A stretch of DNA of 60,915 bases from Candidatus Thorarchaeota archaeon SMTZ1-45. Lineage in GTDB: Archaea > Asgardarchaeota > Thorarchaeia > Thorarchaeales > Thorarchaeaceae. The translations under genes and the position numbers were made by a program. The notes below the pieces were generated by a model. It was not told where the DNA came from. It did not search any database and worked only from the letters and a program-made list of their open reading frames with translations. The stretch lies in the NCBI GenBank assembly GCA_001563335.1, contig LRSL01000007.1, positions 1 to 60,915 on the forward strand. Reading direction: 5' to 3'. This document shows, one piece after another, positions 39,508-49,269 of this stretch (position 1 is the stretch's first letter; each line of letters begins with the position of its first letter).

Positions 39508-39533
39508 ACGCTGCAAGAAACATAAAATCGTAC

Positions 39534-39577
39534 GGGTGTTACCAGATGCTTATGCATCTGGGAGCCCCATTTTTCTT
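39534..39577 (+). terminator. hairpin + U-rich tail after the multiheme cytochrome
   Basis: CCAGATGC-TTAT-GCATCTGG (39542-61) followed by ATTTTTCTT. Confidence 0.65.
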
Positions 39578-39664
39578 CAGCTACTAGAAGTCCAATAATG
39601 TCCACATCTTGATTCTTATATTGTGTCCGAAAAGTGACACGCAATCCAAAAGGAACGAAAACCT

Positions 39665-41836
39665 ATGAGATCAAAAACCATCTGTTTCGCATTTGTCCTG
39701 CTCGTGGTGTTGAATGCAATCCCATTTGATGGGAACATCACATATAGCTATGAGTATGAACTAGAAGCAGTAAGGCCAATCGATATTTCAACTCCCTCGC
39801 AGACTGAAGAGTTCAATATTTCTTCATACAAGGATTTTGCTGATGTAGCAGCAGACCTGCTTGTATCACACCTCATGAATCTGACTGATGGAACTGTATT
39901 TCATGCCAGTGATGCGAATTGGGAAATCTATCAGCTTTTATCCAGCTTGGCGAACTATTACTGGGCAATCTCGGCCTTAGCTAAACAGTATGAAAGCACA
40001 GGCAATATTACTTACTCTATTGCGATGAGTCGTGCCGCTTTGAGGATGGTAGAGCTCTTTCTTGACCCAGTATATCCTGGATTCTATGTCAATTCATATG
40101 CAGAACCAGAACTAGCAACCACAAAGCGGGCTGGTGTACAGGCTTATGCGTACTGGGCACTAGATCTCGCTGAAGGTGTAAATGCATCTCTTGATTTCTC
40201 AGCAGAAAAACAGAGTGCAATAAGATGTCTTACAGATATTTTGTACGACGATTTGTATGGAGGATTCTATTTTTACACTATGAGAAATGGCTCTCTCAAC
40301 ATTCCTGGTTATTTCTTTGAGATTTACCCAAATAGTGGAAAAAGATTGGACCATCTTGTTCTTGGAGCCAATGCGCTTTTTGATGCATGGGTTGAAACAA
40401 GCAACGCTACTTTACTTGATATAGCAAATCATGCACTGAACTTTCTGTACCATAAGATGCCATACTATTTCTCAATGGATCTTAGTGGTCTCAGACTTGC
40501 AGTCCTTCGTAATGGTTCAGCTGTGACTGTTGAGGAGGGACTACGTTCAGGAAATGCTGTTGTGACAGATCTAAATGCAATGGCGATAAGAGCACTTCTG
40601 AAGGGGTATGAAGTCACAGGGAATGTAACATATCTAAATTTCGTTGAGAATTTATTTGCTGCATTATTGGAGTATAACTGGGATAAGGAAGCTGGTGGAT
40701 GGTTTGCTGAAACTCTCGATGGAATTCCTTATGATCCATTAGATGATGAGGATGTGAAATATTACAAGTACTCTGAAATTCAGTTTCAAATGACTTTGGC
40801 TCTAGAGGACTATTATGAACTCACACTTACGCAATTTCCACTTAGGATGGTTATAGATACTTTCGAGCTTGTATTGACGAAGCTTTGGGATTTTATTGAT
40901 GAAGGCTTTGTAAGAAATGGCAACCAAGAATGGGCAGTGCTTGATGATAGTTGGGAGATTCATTATACTGCAGTGCAAAGCCAAGCTGTACTTGCACTAG
41001 AAATTGTGTGGGCTTATGGACTACCATATGTCAGTAATGTAAGGATTCAGCCAATCAGTCCCCGACCGCATGATCTCATAAACTTTATAGCTACAGCGCA
41101 TGATGCTGATGGTATTAGCATGGTGTATGTAAATTACACCCTTAGTATTAATGGAACAGAAACTACTGGAATACTTTTATTGCCAGAACATCCGCTTGCT
41201 GGAGGAGTATACAATAATACTTTGAATGAACTGCCAGACCAGACAAGATGTAATTTCTTTGTTGTAGCTAATGATACAACAGGTCGGGAGTTTATTGCTG
41301 GTTCCTATTTCTTTATTGTGCGAGCGGATATCTATGCTCCAGTTGTTACTCTTCGCGCAATCTATCCGACAGATGAGGTACGAATTGGTGATGAAGTTAT
41401 CATTGACTTTGAAGTCTACGAGTTTCCACAACATAGTTTTGTCTGGAATTGTGAACTGTGGTGGAGGGTGAACTCAGGAGCATTCACTATTTCGAATATG
41501 ACGTTCATGGGTGTTGATGGCGAACTCTTAGTCTTTCGTCGAAGTCTGGGACAATTCAATGCTGGAGATCAACTTGAGTTCGAAGGACGAATTGAGGATG
41601 AGGCGGGTAATATAGGTGTGAGTGCTCGACACAGACTCACAATTCTCGGACCACGTCAAGCAATAACGCCACTCGCTACTTGGCAAATTCTAGCCGCGAT
41701 AGGTCTGATTGCTGCTCCGGGTGTTGGATATGTGTGGGCAAAGGGTCGAAAAAGAGAGTATAGTGATGCACAGAGAGAGGGGAAGAAAGCTGCTAAACAT
41801 AGAGCAAGACGCCGAGGATCAAGGAGGAGAAGGTAG
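39665..41836 (+). CDS. secreted (alpha/alpha)6-barrel protein (AGE-epimerase/GH76-like) with Ig-like domains and C-terminal TM + basic tail
   Basis: Signal peptide, repeated helical motifs (YESTGNITY, LYDDLYGGFY, YEVTGNVTYL, WDKEAGGWF), many NxS/T sequons. Confidence 0.7.
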   Translation: MRSKTICFAFVLLVVLNAIPFDGNITYSYEYELEAVRPIDISTPSQTEEFNISSYKDFADVAADLLVSHLMNLTDGTVFHASDANWEIYQLLSSLANYYWAISALAKQYESTGNITYSIAMSRAALRMVELFLDPVYPGFYVNSYAEPELATTKRAGVQAYAYWALDLAEGVNASLDFSAEKQSAIRCLTDILYDDLYGGFYFYTMRNGSLNIPGYFFEIYPNSGKRLDHLVLGANALFDAWVETSNATLLDIANHALNFLYHKMPYYFSMDLSGLRLAVLRNGSAVTVEEGLRSGNAVVTDLNAMAIRALLKGYEVTGNVTYLNFVENLFAALLEYNWDKEAGGWFAETLDGIPYDPLDDEDVKYYKYSEIQFQMTLALEDYYELTLTQFPLRMVIDTFELVLTKLWDFIDEGFVRNGNQEWAVLDDSWEIHYTAVQSQAVLALEIVWAYGLPYVSNVRIQPISPRPHDLINFIATAHDADGISMVYVNYTLSINGTETTGILLLPEHPLAGGVYNNTLNELPDQTRCNFFVVANDTTGREFIAGSYFFIVRADIYAPVVTLRAIYPTDEVRIGDEVIIDFEVYEFPQHSFVWNCELWWRVNSGAFTISNMTFMGVDGELLVFRRSLGQFNAGDQLEFEGRIEDEAGNIGVSARHRLTILGPRQAITPLATWQILAAIGLIAAPGVGYVWAKGRKREYSDAQREGKKAAKHRARRRGSRRRR

Positions 41837-41856
41837 CCAATTCGGGAGAGATTGTC

Positions 41857-43929
41857 ATGGATATAGGTACAATATTACTAATCGCTGCAGTAGCAGTGGG
41901 AATTTTAGACGCAGTTGTTCTATTACTTGGTCCGAGGATTGAAAACTATGAGAGCTATTCATTCATTGCTTCAGCTATTAGTTTTCTCGCTGGTGTCGGA
42001 GCTGTGGTATGGCTCGGTGTACTGATTTTCACGAATCAATTTCAGTACGATTACGTTGCGCAGGTTACTGATATCGATGCCAATATATTATTGAAGATTT
42101 CAGGACTCTGGGCTGGTCAGTCTGGCTCACTTGTCTTCTGGACATTCTTGTCTCTCACATTGTACTTTGGTTTTCGTACATTAGTCCGTGGATATGAGGA
42201 TGACAAACTTGTGTATCGTGCAGCAATTATTATGGTTGCAGAGTCTGTTTTCATTGCAGTCAATGCTCTAGTGGCTAGACCATTTCGATTAATTGAGGGA
42301 TCAATCCCAACTGATGGTTTAGGTCTAAATCCTCTTCTATCAACAATATGGAATGTGATTCATCCTCCAATCATCTTTATTGCATATGCACTCATTCTCG
42401 TTCCTTTCTCAGTTAAGTTAGCAGGATATACTCTGTCTAGCGAAGAACGTAATGAAGACCCAATCCCAGTGGTTCGTGCATATGTTAGATTTTCAACAAT
42501 ATTAGCTTGGATAATGCTATCTTGTGGCATTGCTATTGGTGGATACTGGGCTTACATTGTTCTAGGTTGGGGTGGGTATTGGGCATGGGACCCTGTCGAA
42601 ACAACATCGCTGATTCCATGGTTACTACTAACTGCTTACTATCATGCTAGACCTGTACTCAATAAGAATGACGTACTACGTGACTCATTCCTTGTGATGG
42701 CTTACATAACCGTTCTATTTGCGACATGGACTACTAGAAGTGGAGTACTTTCATCAGTGCACGGTTTTGGAATGACTGTAGTTAGCTGGACTATGTTAGC
42801 TACACTTCTAGTGAACTTCATAGTTGGTGTCACCCTTGCACTTTATTCAGGATTCAAAGACATGGAAGATGAGGATCATTCAGAAGGACCAAGTTTCTTT
42901 GATACTTCAAATGCAAGATTGTTCTCCATAAAGGTAGCATTAATTGGACTTGTCTTGCTAGCTGCAACATCTACAATTGGTGTCGTGCTTCCTGCAACCT
43001 ACAATAGTGGAGTAGCTATCTTTGATCCCGCAAACCTTTCTGATAATATGATTAGCATTGATATTGAATTCTTCAGGATGGGCTTCTATGCAGCCTGCGT
43101 CTTCTTCATAGTTTCAGCTTTCTATTGCATGAGGACAAACATCCTTTCTCATCGCAGAAGAGGGTTTATTGTAATTGCAGTATTTGGAGTTGGTGCAGTC
43201 ATTGCGGTAATCTCAGTCTTTGGGGGATTGGGTCCATTACCAACAAACTACTGGCCTGCTAACTTACTGATATTACCAGCAGTTGCAGCAATTGGATTTC
43301 TTGTATCTGCATTCATACGTCAAATGGCTGGAAAAGATGAGCTAGGTAGTGCACGTCAAGTTGGCCGCTTGATGCTTCACTTAGGGCTCATTATTTTACT
43401 TCTAGGTGTTTTCATGAGTGAGAATGTTATATACGAAACTAATGCTGGATATAGGGCAAACGACATGCAGGAAATTGCTCCTAATATTCTCATACAAGTA
43501 ACTGATATTGATCTAAAGTACTTCAATCACGATAGAGACTTCAATATGATTGTGACCATAACTGTCATCGAGAATACTACTCAAGGTGCCATTATTGTAG
43601 GAATAGGTAACGCTGTAATCACAGGACATCCCGATTGGAATATGGTCAGTCATACTGTATATTTGGACTCTACAGCCTTTAGAGATGTTTTCATTGCAGT
43701 AACGGGATTTACCACATTTCCAGTAGAACAAGTCACAATTCATACCAAGCTATTACCATTAGTGTCCTTTGTTTGGATAGGGGCATTTCTGATGGTGGCT
43801 GCAATGCTACCTATGTTTGGAATGGAAACTCAGAGTCTTCTCAAATCTCTAAAAGGTAAGAATGCGCATCTCTATGAAGATATTGAAGAGGAGCTTGAGG
43901 AGGTCATTTCTGAGGCTGCAGGAAATTAG
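41857..43929 (+). CDS. ccmF: cytochrome c heme lyase CcmF
   Basis: WAGQSGSLVFW, GLNPLL, IHPP, WAYIVLGWGGYWAWDPVET, TRSGVLSSVHGF. Confidence 0.96.
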   Translation: MDIGTILLIAAVAVGILDAVVLLLGPRIENYESYSFIASAISFLAGVGAVVWLGVLIFTNQFQYDYVAQVTDIDANILLKISGLWAGQSGSLVFWTFLSLTLYFGFRTLVRGYEDDKLVYRAAIIMVAESVFIAVNALVARPFRLIEGSIPTDGLGLNPLLSTIWNVIHPPIIFIAYALILVPFSVKLAGYTLSSEERNEDPIPVVRAYVRFSTILAWIMLSCGIAIGGYWAYIVLGWGGYWAWDPVETTSLIPWLLLTAYYHARPVLNKNDVLRDSFLVMAYITVLFATWTTRSGVLSSVHGFGMTVVSWTMLATLLVNFIVGVTLALYSGFKDMEDEDHSEGPSFFDTSNARLFSIKVALIGLVLLAATSTIGVVLPATYNSGVAIFDPANLSDNMISIDIEFFRMGFYAACVFFIVSAFYCMRTNILSHRRRGFIVIAVFGVGAVIAVISVFGGLGPLPTNYWPANLLILPAVAAIGFLVSAFIRQMAGKDELGSARQVGRLMLHLGLIILLLGVFMSENVIYETNAGYRANDMQEIAPNILIQVTDIDLKYFNHDRDFNMIVTITVIENTTQGAIIVGIGNAVITGHPDWNMVSHTVYLDSTAFRDVFIAVTGFTTFPVEQVTIHTKLLPLVSFVWIGAFLMVAAMLPMFGMETQSLLKSLKGKNAHLYEDIEEELEEVISEAAGN

Positions 43930-44021
43930 GGGAAGCATTAGTGGTCGAAGTAACACTTCGACTGTTTTTCTTTTTATTTTTCAAGAAGGGTTTATACTTA
44001 AGACCTGTTCACTCATCTAGG

Positions 44022-45233
44022 ATGGTTTCGGATGGTTTTAGCTTGACAGAATCTTATGATGTTGCAGTCGTTGGTGCGGGTCCTGCTGGGTCTACTGTAT
44101 CTAAGATCTTAGCTGAACAAGGGTTCAATACAATTGTGATAGATAGGAAATCAAGAATTGGAGTACCTGTACAATGCGGTGAATTAATTCCCACACCCAC
44201 TGAAGCACACAGACTATTTCCAAAATCCAAAATAATGCCTCAGGCAATCCATGTTCATTCTAAATTTATCACAAACAAAACTCGAGCAATCCGTCTTATC
44301 TCTCCAAATGGTAGTGTGTTTGAATTTCCATTTGAAGCCAACATTGTTGATAGAGCGAGATTTGACCAACACCTAGCTTCTCTTGCAGAAAATGAAGGTG
44401 CTAGGTTTCTACTAGGGTCTATTGTAAAAAGGCGATCATCCACTAATGAATTGACATTCACAAATGATGGGTCTGAAAACTCAATAAAAGCTAAATTTGT
44501 CGTAGGAGCTGATGGTGCTCACTCTATCGTAGCCAAATCCCTTGGAGTCAATTATATTCATAATGTTGCGAATCTTAGTCAATCTTTACAGTATGTCATG
44601 TCCGGTGTGGATGTTGATCCAACAGTTGTAGAGATGCATTTTGGAAGTGAGATTGCGCCAGGGGGATATGCATGGGTCATTCCAAAGGGCGATAGAGTAG
44701 CAAATATTGGGTTTGGCATGAGGCGAAGCATCGCAAAAGATAACGTTCCCCTTCGTACATATTTGGATCGCTTTGTTTTCAAGACTATTGCGTCCTCTCT
44801 GAAGAATTTCAAGATTGTAAGCAGAGTTGGTGCGATCATTCCTGTTGGTGGACCGCTTAAAAAAACCTGGTCAAAAGATGTGCTGCTAATTGGAGATGCT
44901 GCTGGTCATGTAATGGCGTCGAATGGTGGCGGTATTCCCACCGCACTCTGTGGTGGGGTGATTGCAGGCTATGCCATTTCAAAACATTTGAACATGGACT
45001 ATCCACTTTCTGAATATGAAAACAAATGGAGGTTGGAATTTGGAAGTGAACTTGACACAGCTGTCAGAGTTCTTAAAATAGCTGATTCTGTTATGCCCTC
45101 TGACACGAATACAGACATATGTATGCGACTGGCTGGAGTAAAATTTCTCGAGCCATTGATACGATGTCAATTACCTCTTCCTGTTGATCTGGCTTCAAAA
45201 ACATTGGTGAAAATTCTGAATCGTTTCCTCTGA
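44022..45233 (+). CDS. geranylgeranyl/prenyl reductase family flavoprotein
   Basis: VVGAGPAGS, PVQCGE, DRARFD, GADG, APGGYAWVIPK, GDAAG...GGGI; start trimmed to ATG 44022. Confidence 0.9.
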   Translation: MVSDGFSLTESYDVAVVGAGPAGSTVSKILAEQGFNTIVIDRKSRIGVPVQCGELIPTPTEAHRLFPKSKIMPQAIHVHSKFITNKTRAIRLISPNGSVFEFPFEANIVDRARFDQHLASLAENEGARFLLGSIVKRRSSTNELTFTNDGSENSIKAKFVVGADGAHSIVAKSLGVNYIHNVANLSQSLQYVMSGVDVDPTVVEMHFGSEIAPGGYAWVIPKGDRVANIGFGMRRSIAKDNVPLRTYLDRFVFKTIASSLKNFKIVSRVGAIIPVGGPLKKTWSKDVLLIGDAAGHVMASNGGGIPTALCGGVIAGYAISKHLNMDYPLSEYENKWRLEFGSELDTAVRVLKIADSVMPSDTNTDICMRLAGVKFLEPLIRCQLPLPVDLASKTLVKILNRFL

Positions 45234-46289
45234 CTAATAGAGTCTTTTCATAGCAAAATCCGCAAGCAGAATAAGAAGTTCCTGATTAACAAAGTCAAAT
45301 CCACGTATAGCTTCTTTGGCTGCAATCATATATTTCCTAGCAACATCTGTAGAGTATTCCACGGACCTATATTCATTAATCCTCTCTAATGCGTATTCTG
45401 CATCCCCCTCATTGAGCTTCTGTACGAATTCTTCCTTCTGGGTCTTAGAACAATTTTCAAGCGCATGAGCAAGCACAAAATTACTGTGGCTTCCTCGCAA
45501 ATCAGATTGTACTGTCTTGCCTGTTCCGTTTTGCGTGGCAACAATATCAAGGATATCATCACGAATTTGAAATGAAAAACCAAGCAGTTCTGCATACTTG
45601 ATCAAAGCCTCCAACTCAATATCCTTGGCATTGCCAAGCATGGCTCCCACTTTGGCTGCTGATGTCATGAATGAAACTGTTTTCATTTTTATGATTTCCA
45701 AAGCCAATTCGGTCGTGTACGATTGTATTTTATTCTGACTCATTAGCAGGTCTGAAGCTTCCCCTTCACACATCCTTATACCTCCAGCTGCAACATAAGT
45801 TAGCAATTCAGGGGTAGACCTCTCTCCGATCAGTTTGATAGCTAGCGCTACAAGTAAATCTCCTGCAATGATTGCCATCTTTCTTCCATATTTTTTATGA
45901 GTTGTTTCAACACCACGACGCATAGTGTCTTCATCAACTACATCGTCATGAATTAAGCTGGCTGTCTGAACAAACTCAGTAGCAACTGCAAAGGGTAATG
46001 CATCTACTGCTTTTCCGCCAACCGCTTCACAACAAAGAACTAGTAAGAGTGATCTGAGCCTTTTCCCACCAGCAAGAATAAGATGTCGAGTTGTTTCATA
46101 GAGTAATGCAGGTTCTCCATCTTCATCTAGAAGGCAGCGTTTAATCTCTTCATTAATGAGATTGATTCGAGTCCGTATCTTTTCATTTTCAAGCAGACCT
46201 GTTGTGTCCATCAGTTTCGATTTTTCTTCGTCTGAGTATGAATCTGGACCGGTATGAACAAAGGGTCTCTCTGACATTAGATGATACAC
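45234..46289 (-). CDS. trans-polyprenyl diphosphate synthase, predicted long-chain
   Basis: GGKRLR, TASLIHDDVVD (FARM), RRG, KT, FQIRDDILD (SARM). Confidence 0.92.
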   Translation of the reverse strand: MYHLMSERPFVHTGPDSYSDEEKSKLMDTTGLLENEKIRTRINLINEEIKRCLLDEDGEPALLYETTRHLILAGGKRLRSLLLVLCCEAVGGKAVDALPFAVATEFVQTASLIHDDVVDEDTMRRGVETTHKKYGRKMAIIAGDLLVALAIKLIGERSTPELLTYVAAGGIRMCEGEASDLLMSQNKIQSYTTELALEIIKMKTVSFMTSAAKVGAMLGNAKDIELEALIKYAELLGFSFQIRDDILDIVATQNGTGKTVQSDLRGSHSNFVLAHALENCSKTQKEEFVQKLNEGDAEYALERINEYRSVEYSTDVARKYMIAAKEAIRGFDFVNQELLILLADFAMKRLY

Positions 46290-46401
46290 CTAGGCATTCT
46301 GTTTCAAATCGTAAGCACCTTAAAGCAGTTGCCTTTCTCTTCGAAAACTTCTCTGGAATGGTAATCCTTTTCTTCATGAGAAATTGACATGAGCAAGTCT
46401 G

Positions 46402-47466
46402 GTGAAGACCATGAATTCTAGCGATGAAGCATCTCTTGAAAAGCCATCTAGGTTAAGAATCTGGCTTGCTGAGATGAGGGTTCCGTTTCTAACCGCAGCA
46501 ATAGTTCCAGTTATTCTTGGAACGTGCGTAGCTTGGGCTTCCACAGGGATATTTCTTCTTGATGTATTTCTTCTGACACTAATCGCTGGTATTTCCATTC
46601 ACATTGGATCTAACATTGCCAATGATTACTATGACCATCTTAGCGGTACTGATGATATCAATGTTGAATTTGTCCGACCTTTCACTGGGGGAAGTCGAAT
46701 GATTCAACGTGGTTGGATGTCTCCACGTGAAGTTTTCACAGAGGCAATGATTTTCTTTATTCTTGGTGGCGGCATAGGACTCTATCTAGCTTACACAAGG
46801 GGTATCGAAGTCCTAATCCTTGGAGTCATTGGAGTTGGTTCAGGTTTCTTCTATACTGCTCCTCCATTTCGCTTTGTGAGTCGAGGTTATGGAGAAGTAT
46901 TCATAGGGTTGAACTTCGGTGTTCTAATGACACTTGGAGCATATTTTGTTCAAACCCAAGTCTTAGCATGGGAGGCTGTTTTTCCATCAATCCCTGTCGC
47001 CATTTTGATCACAGCTGTTTTGTACATCAATGAATTTCCTGATCATGATGCTGATCGCGATGTTGGGAAGAGAACCATTGTTGTTCGGCTAGGTCGCCAA
47101 CGCGCTGCAAAGGGATATGTAATACTCATGGCATCCGTATACCTTTCAATACTAATCCCTATTGCAATCTCTCTCACTAATTGGTACAATATCCTTGGGT
47201 TAGCAACAATTCCTGCTGCAATTATGGGATCACAATATGCATTAAGACATTATGATCACTCACTTCAATTAATTCCTGCATATGCATCTACTGTGTTCAA
47301 CCATCTTTTCACAGGGCTCTTCCTTGCTCTCTCGTATTTACTGATAGGGTTTGAAAGCTCGCCACTCTACATTTTAGTTTCGGGCTTTGTATGTTTATGT
47401 GTATCCTTGTTGTTCTACATAATGACTAAGAGAAAAGCAAGAGCTGCTGGAGTCCTTTCAGAATAG
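46402..47466 (+). CDS. menA: 1,4-dihydroxy-2-naphthoate polyprenyltransferase (MenA/UBIAD1 family)
   Basis: NIANDYYDHLSGTD, FTGGSR, YTAPP, GYGE, NEFPDHDADRDVGKRTIVVRLG. Confidence 0.92.
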   Translation: MKTMNSSDEASLEKPSRLRIWLAEMRVPFLTAAIVPVILGTCVAWASTGIFLLDVFLLTLIAGISIHIGSNIANDYYDHLSGTDDINVEFVRPFTGGSRMIQRGWMSPREVFTEAMIFFILGGGIGLYLAYTRGIEVLILGVIGVGSGFFYTAPPFRFVSRGYGEVFIGLNFGVLMTLGAYFVQTQVLAWEAVFPSIPVAILITAVLYINEFPDHDADRDVGKRTIVVRLGRQRAAKGYVILMASVYLSILIPIAISLTNWYNILGLATIPAAIMGSQYALRHYDHSLQLIPAYASTVFNHLFTGLFLALSYLLIGFESSPLYILVSGFVCLCVSLLFYIMTKRKARAAGVLSE

Positions 47467-47467
47467 T

Positions 47468-47953
47468 TTATTTTTTTGGATTCTTCCATTTGAAAAATTC
47501 AGTCCCTCTCCAGTAGGAAATGGATTTAGGAGTGACTCGGATGGCAATTCTTGAACCAAGTGGATATCCTGTTCCCAAGAAATCAATGTACTTTTCCATG
47601 TACTTCAACATGAGTTCCTCAGGAGCAAGTTCCATTTCGATTAGGAATGCTTTGCCCTGAATCATAACTCCTGAATTTCCAGCAGGCGAAACAGGGTCTC
47701 GCTGATCAATTGTCACACTGACATTCCTATTTCTTCTGATGTTCAAGACCTTCTTACTCCCTTTTGATGTCACCAAGTATATAGTCTTCGTACTCTTATC
47801 CCAAAGGTAAAACATTGCTGTGACATGAGGCTCACAACCTGGTTCTGCTGTGCCCAAGTATGCGAAGAATCCTTCTCGCAAAAGTTTGAGAGCTGCATCG
47901 GGAATGGTTGATGACTTTTTGGTGTGGCTTTTTTGGGGTAATGTCAGAGTCAT
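47468..47953 (-). CDS. pyridoxamine 5'-phosphate oxidase-like split beta-barrel (flavin/F420/heme-binding) protein
   Basis: AYLGT..PHVT, SKKVLNIRRNRNVSVTID, GVMIQGKA, VTPKSISYW; start trimmed to ATG 47953. Confidence 0.85.
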   Translation of the reverse strand: MTLTLPQKSHTKKSSTIPDAALKLLREGFFAYLGTAEPGCEPHVTAMFYLWDKSTKTIYLVTSKGSKKVLNIRRNRNVSVTIDQRDPVSPAGNSGVMIQGKAFLIEMELAPEELMLKYMEKYIDFLGTGYPLGSRIAIRVTPKSISYWRGTEFFKWKNPKK

Positions 47954-47957
47954 GATA

Positions 47958-49220
47958 TCACGCTCGTAGAGCTGTGGGACGCGCTTCACGCCAATATGTA
48001 ATCCTCTCAGGTTCTAGGCGCACAATAAGTCTAGAAAGGAATGGCTTGTTCCGCCATGCTGGTGGTAGTTCACGTGCCTGTTCAACATAGTATTTCATGT
48101 ACTGGGGATATTTCCTTCCAAACAGGTTTCTGACCCTGAGAAGCCATAATCCATACAGGAACATCTTGAATATCCCGAGTAAATTAATCTCTCCAAGAAT
48201 CATTCCCTTACCTCGCAAGAGTACAGCTCGATTCTTCATTGGATTCTTACTATCACGCATGTCTACCAATACAGCTATCTTGGAGTTCATCTTAATAATG
48301 CGATATTTCGCTGAAGCAACTGAAATAGCAAAATATAGGTACTTGCCATCATACACAAAAATTACTGGAGTTACATGTGGTTGGCTATTAGAGCATGCTG
48401 AAACATATGCAAACCGCTCATAATGTAGAATACTCTCAACATCAGGCGGAAACCAAGGAACTGTTTCCATAGACATGAGACTTAGTGTCGACAATCCTAT
48501 AATTCCGACAAGAAAAATCACAAGTCCCAACAATAGAACTGAGGAGCTTAAAGCAAGAGGCAGTAAAAGCACTGCTGATATACCCCAATAAAGGTTAATC
48601 ATATCAAGATACTTTAGAGTCCTCACTTCTGAGTACGCTGTATACGCCAGCCCCATTCTTTTTCTGGCTGCTGAACTTAAGGATATGGACCTCCAAGCTG
48701 TTAAGAGAGCTGTGACGAGGGAAAGTCCCATTCGATAGCTAACATCCCAGGCAAGAACTAGAATCAATATTGTGAGCAATGGGTTTCCAAATCCAGTTCC
48801 AAGGAAATAAAGTAGATAGTCAGAGTCATAAATCAGGTATGCGACAACAGCTCCAAAACATGCTAAGCCTCCTACTAGTTCGTATCTTCGTTTCAATAGT
48901 AGACGTGCCTTATAATCATGGAGCACTTCTCGCTCTAACTTGTTTGTGGGATCTCTAAGTCTTCTCAGCCAAGGTATCACATATAGACAACCTGCTGACC
49001 AGACAACTGTGTAGAGAATGGCAAGAGATCCAAAAATCGCAGCTTCAGCTGCCATCTGGAAATATATGAAAGCAAGAACACCAACAGTTTCAACTAGAAG
49101 CAACTGAGCCACAACAGCATATGTAGAGGGTAGCCATTTGAATGGAGGAATGTGGTCTACAATCTCTTCATAGATCCACTTGCGTTGAAACCTATCTTCG
49201 AATGTCGACCCAGCATTCAT
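47958..49220 (-). CDS. multi-pass membrane domain fused to a C-terminal PPOX-like split beta-barrel
   Basis: ~6 TM N-terminus; C-terminus PHVTPV..LYF..SAKYRIIKMNSKIAVLVD..AVLLRGK..LEPERITYW. Confidence 0.8.
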   Translation of the reverse strand: MNAGSTFEDRFQRKWIYEEIVDHIPPFKWLPSTYAVVAQLLLVETVGVLAFIYFQMAAEAAIFGSLAILYTVVWSAGCLYVIPWLRRLRDPTNKLEREVLHDYKARLLLKRRYELVGGLACFGAVVAYLIYDSDYLLYFLGTGFGNPLLTILILVLAWDVSYRMGLSLVTALLTAWRSISLSSAARKRMGLAYTAYSEVRTLKYLDMINLYWGISAVLLLPLALSSSVLLLGLVIFLVGIIGLSTLSLMSMETVPWFPPDVESILHYERFAYVSACSNSQPHVTPVIFVYDGKYLYFAISVASAKYRIIKMNSKIAVLVDMRDSKNPMKNRAVLLRGKGMILGEINLLGIFKMFLYGLWLLRVRNLFGRKYPQYMKYYVEQARELPPAWRNKPFLSRLIVRLEPERITYWREARPTALRA

Positions 49221-49269
49221 TACTACTAAGAACTACCTATCTCTTATTTGCCTGTCGAAGTGGTCTCTC

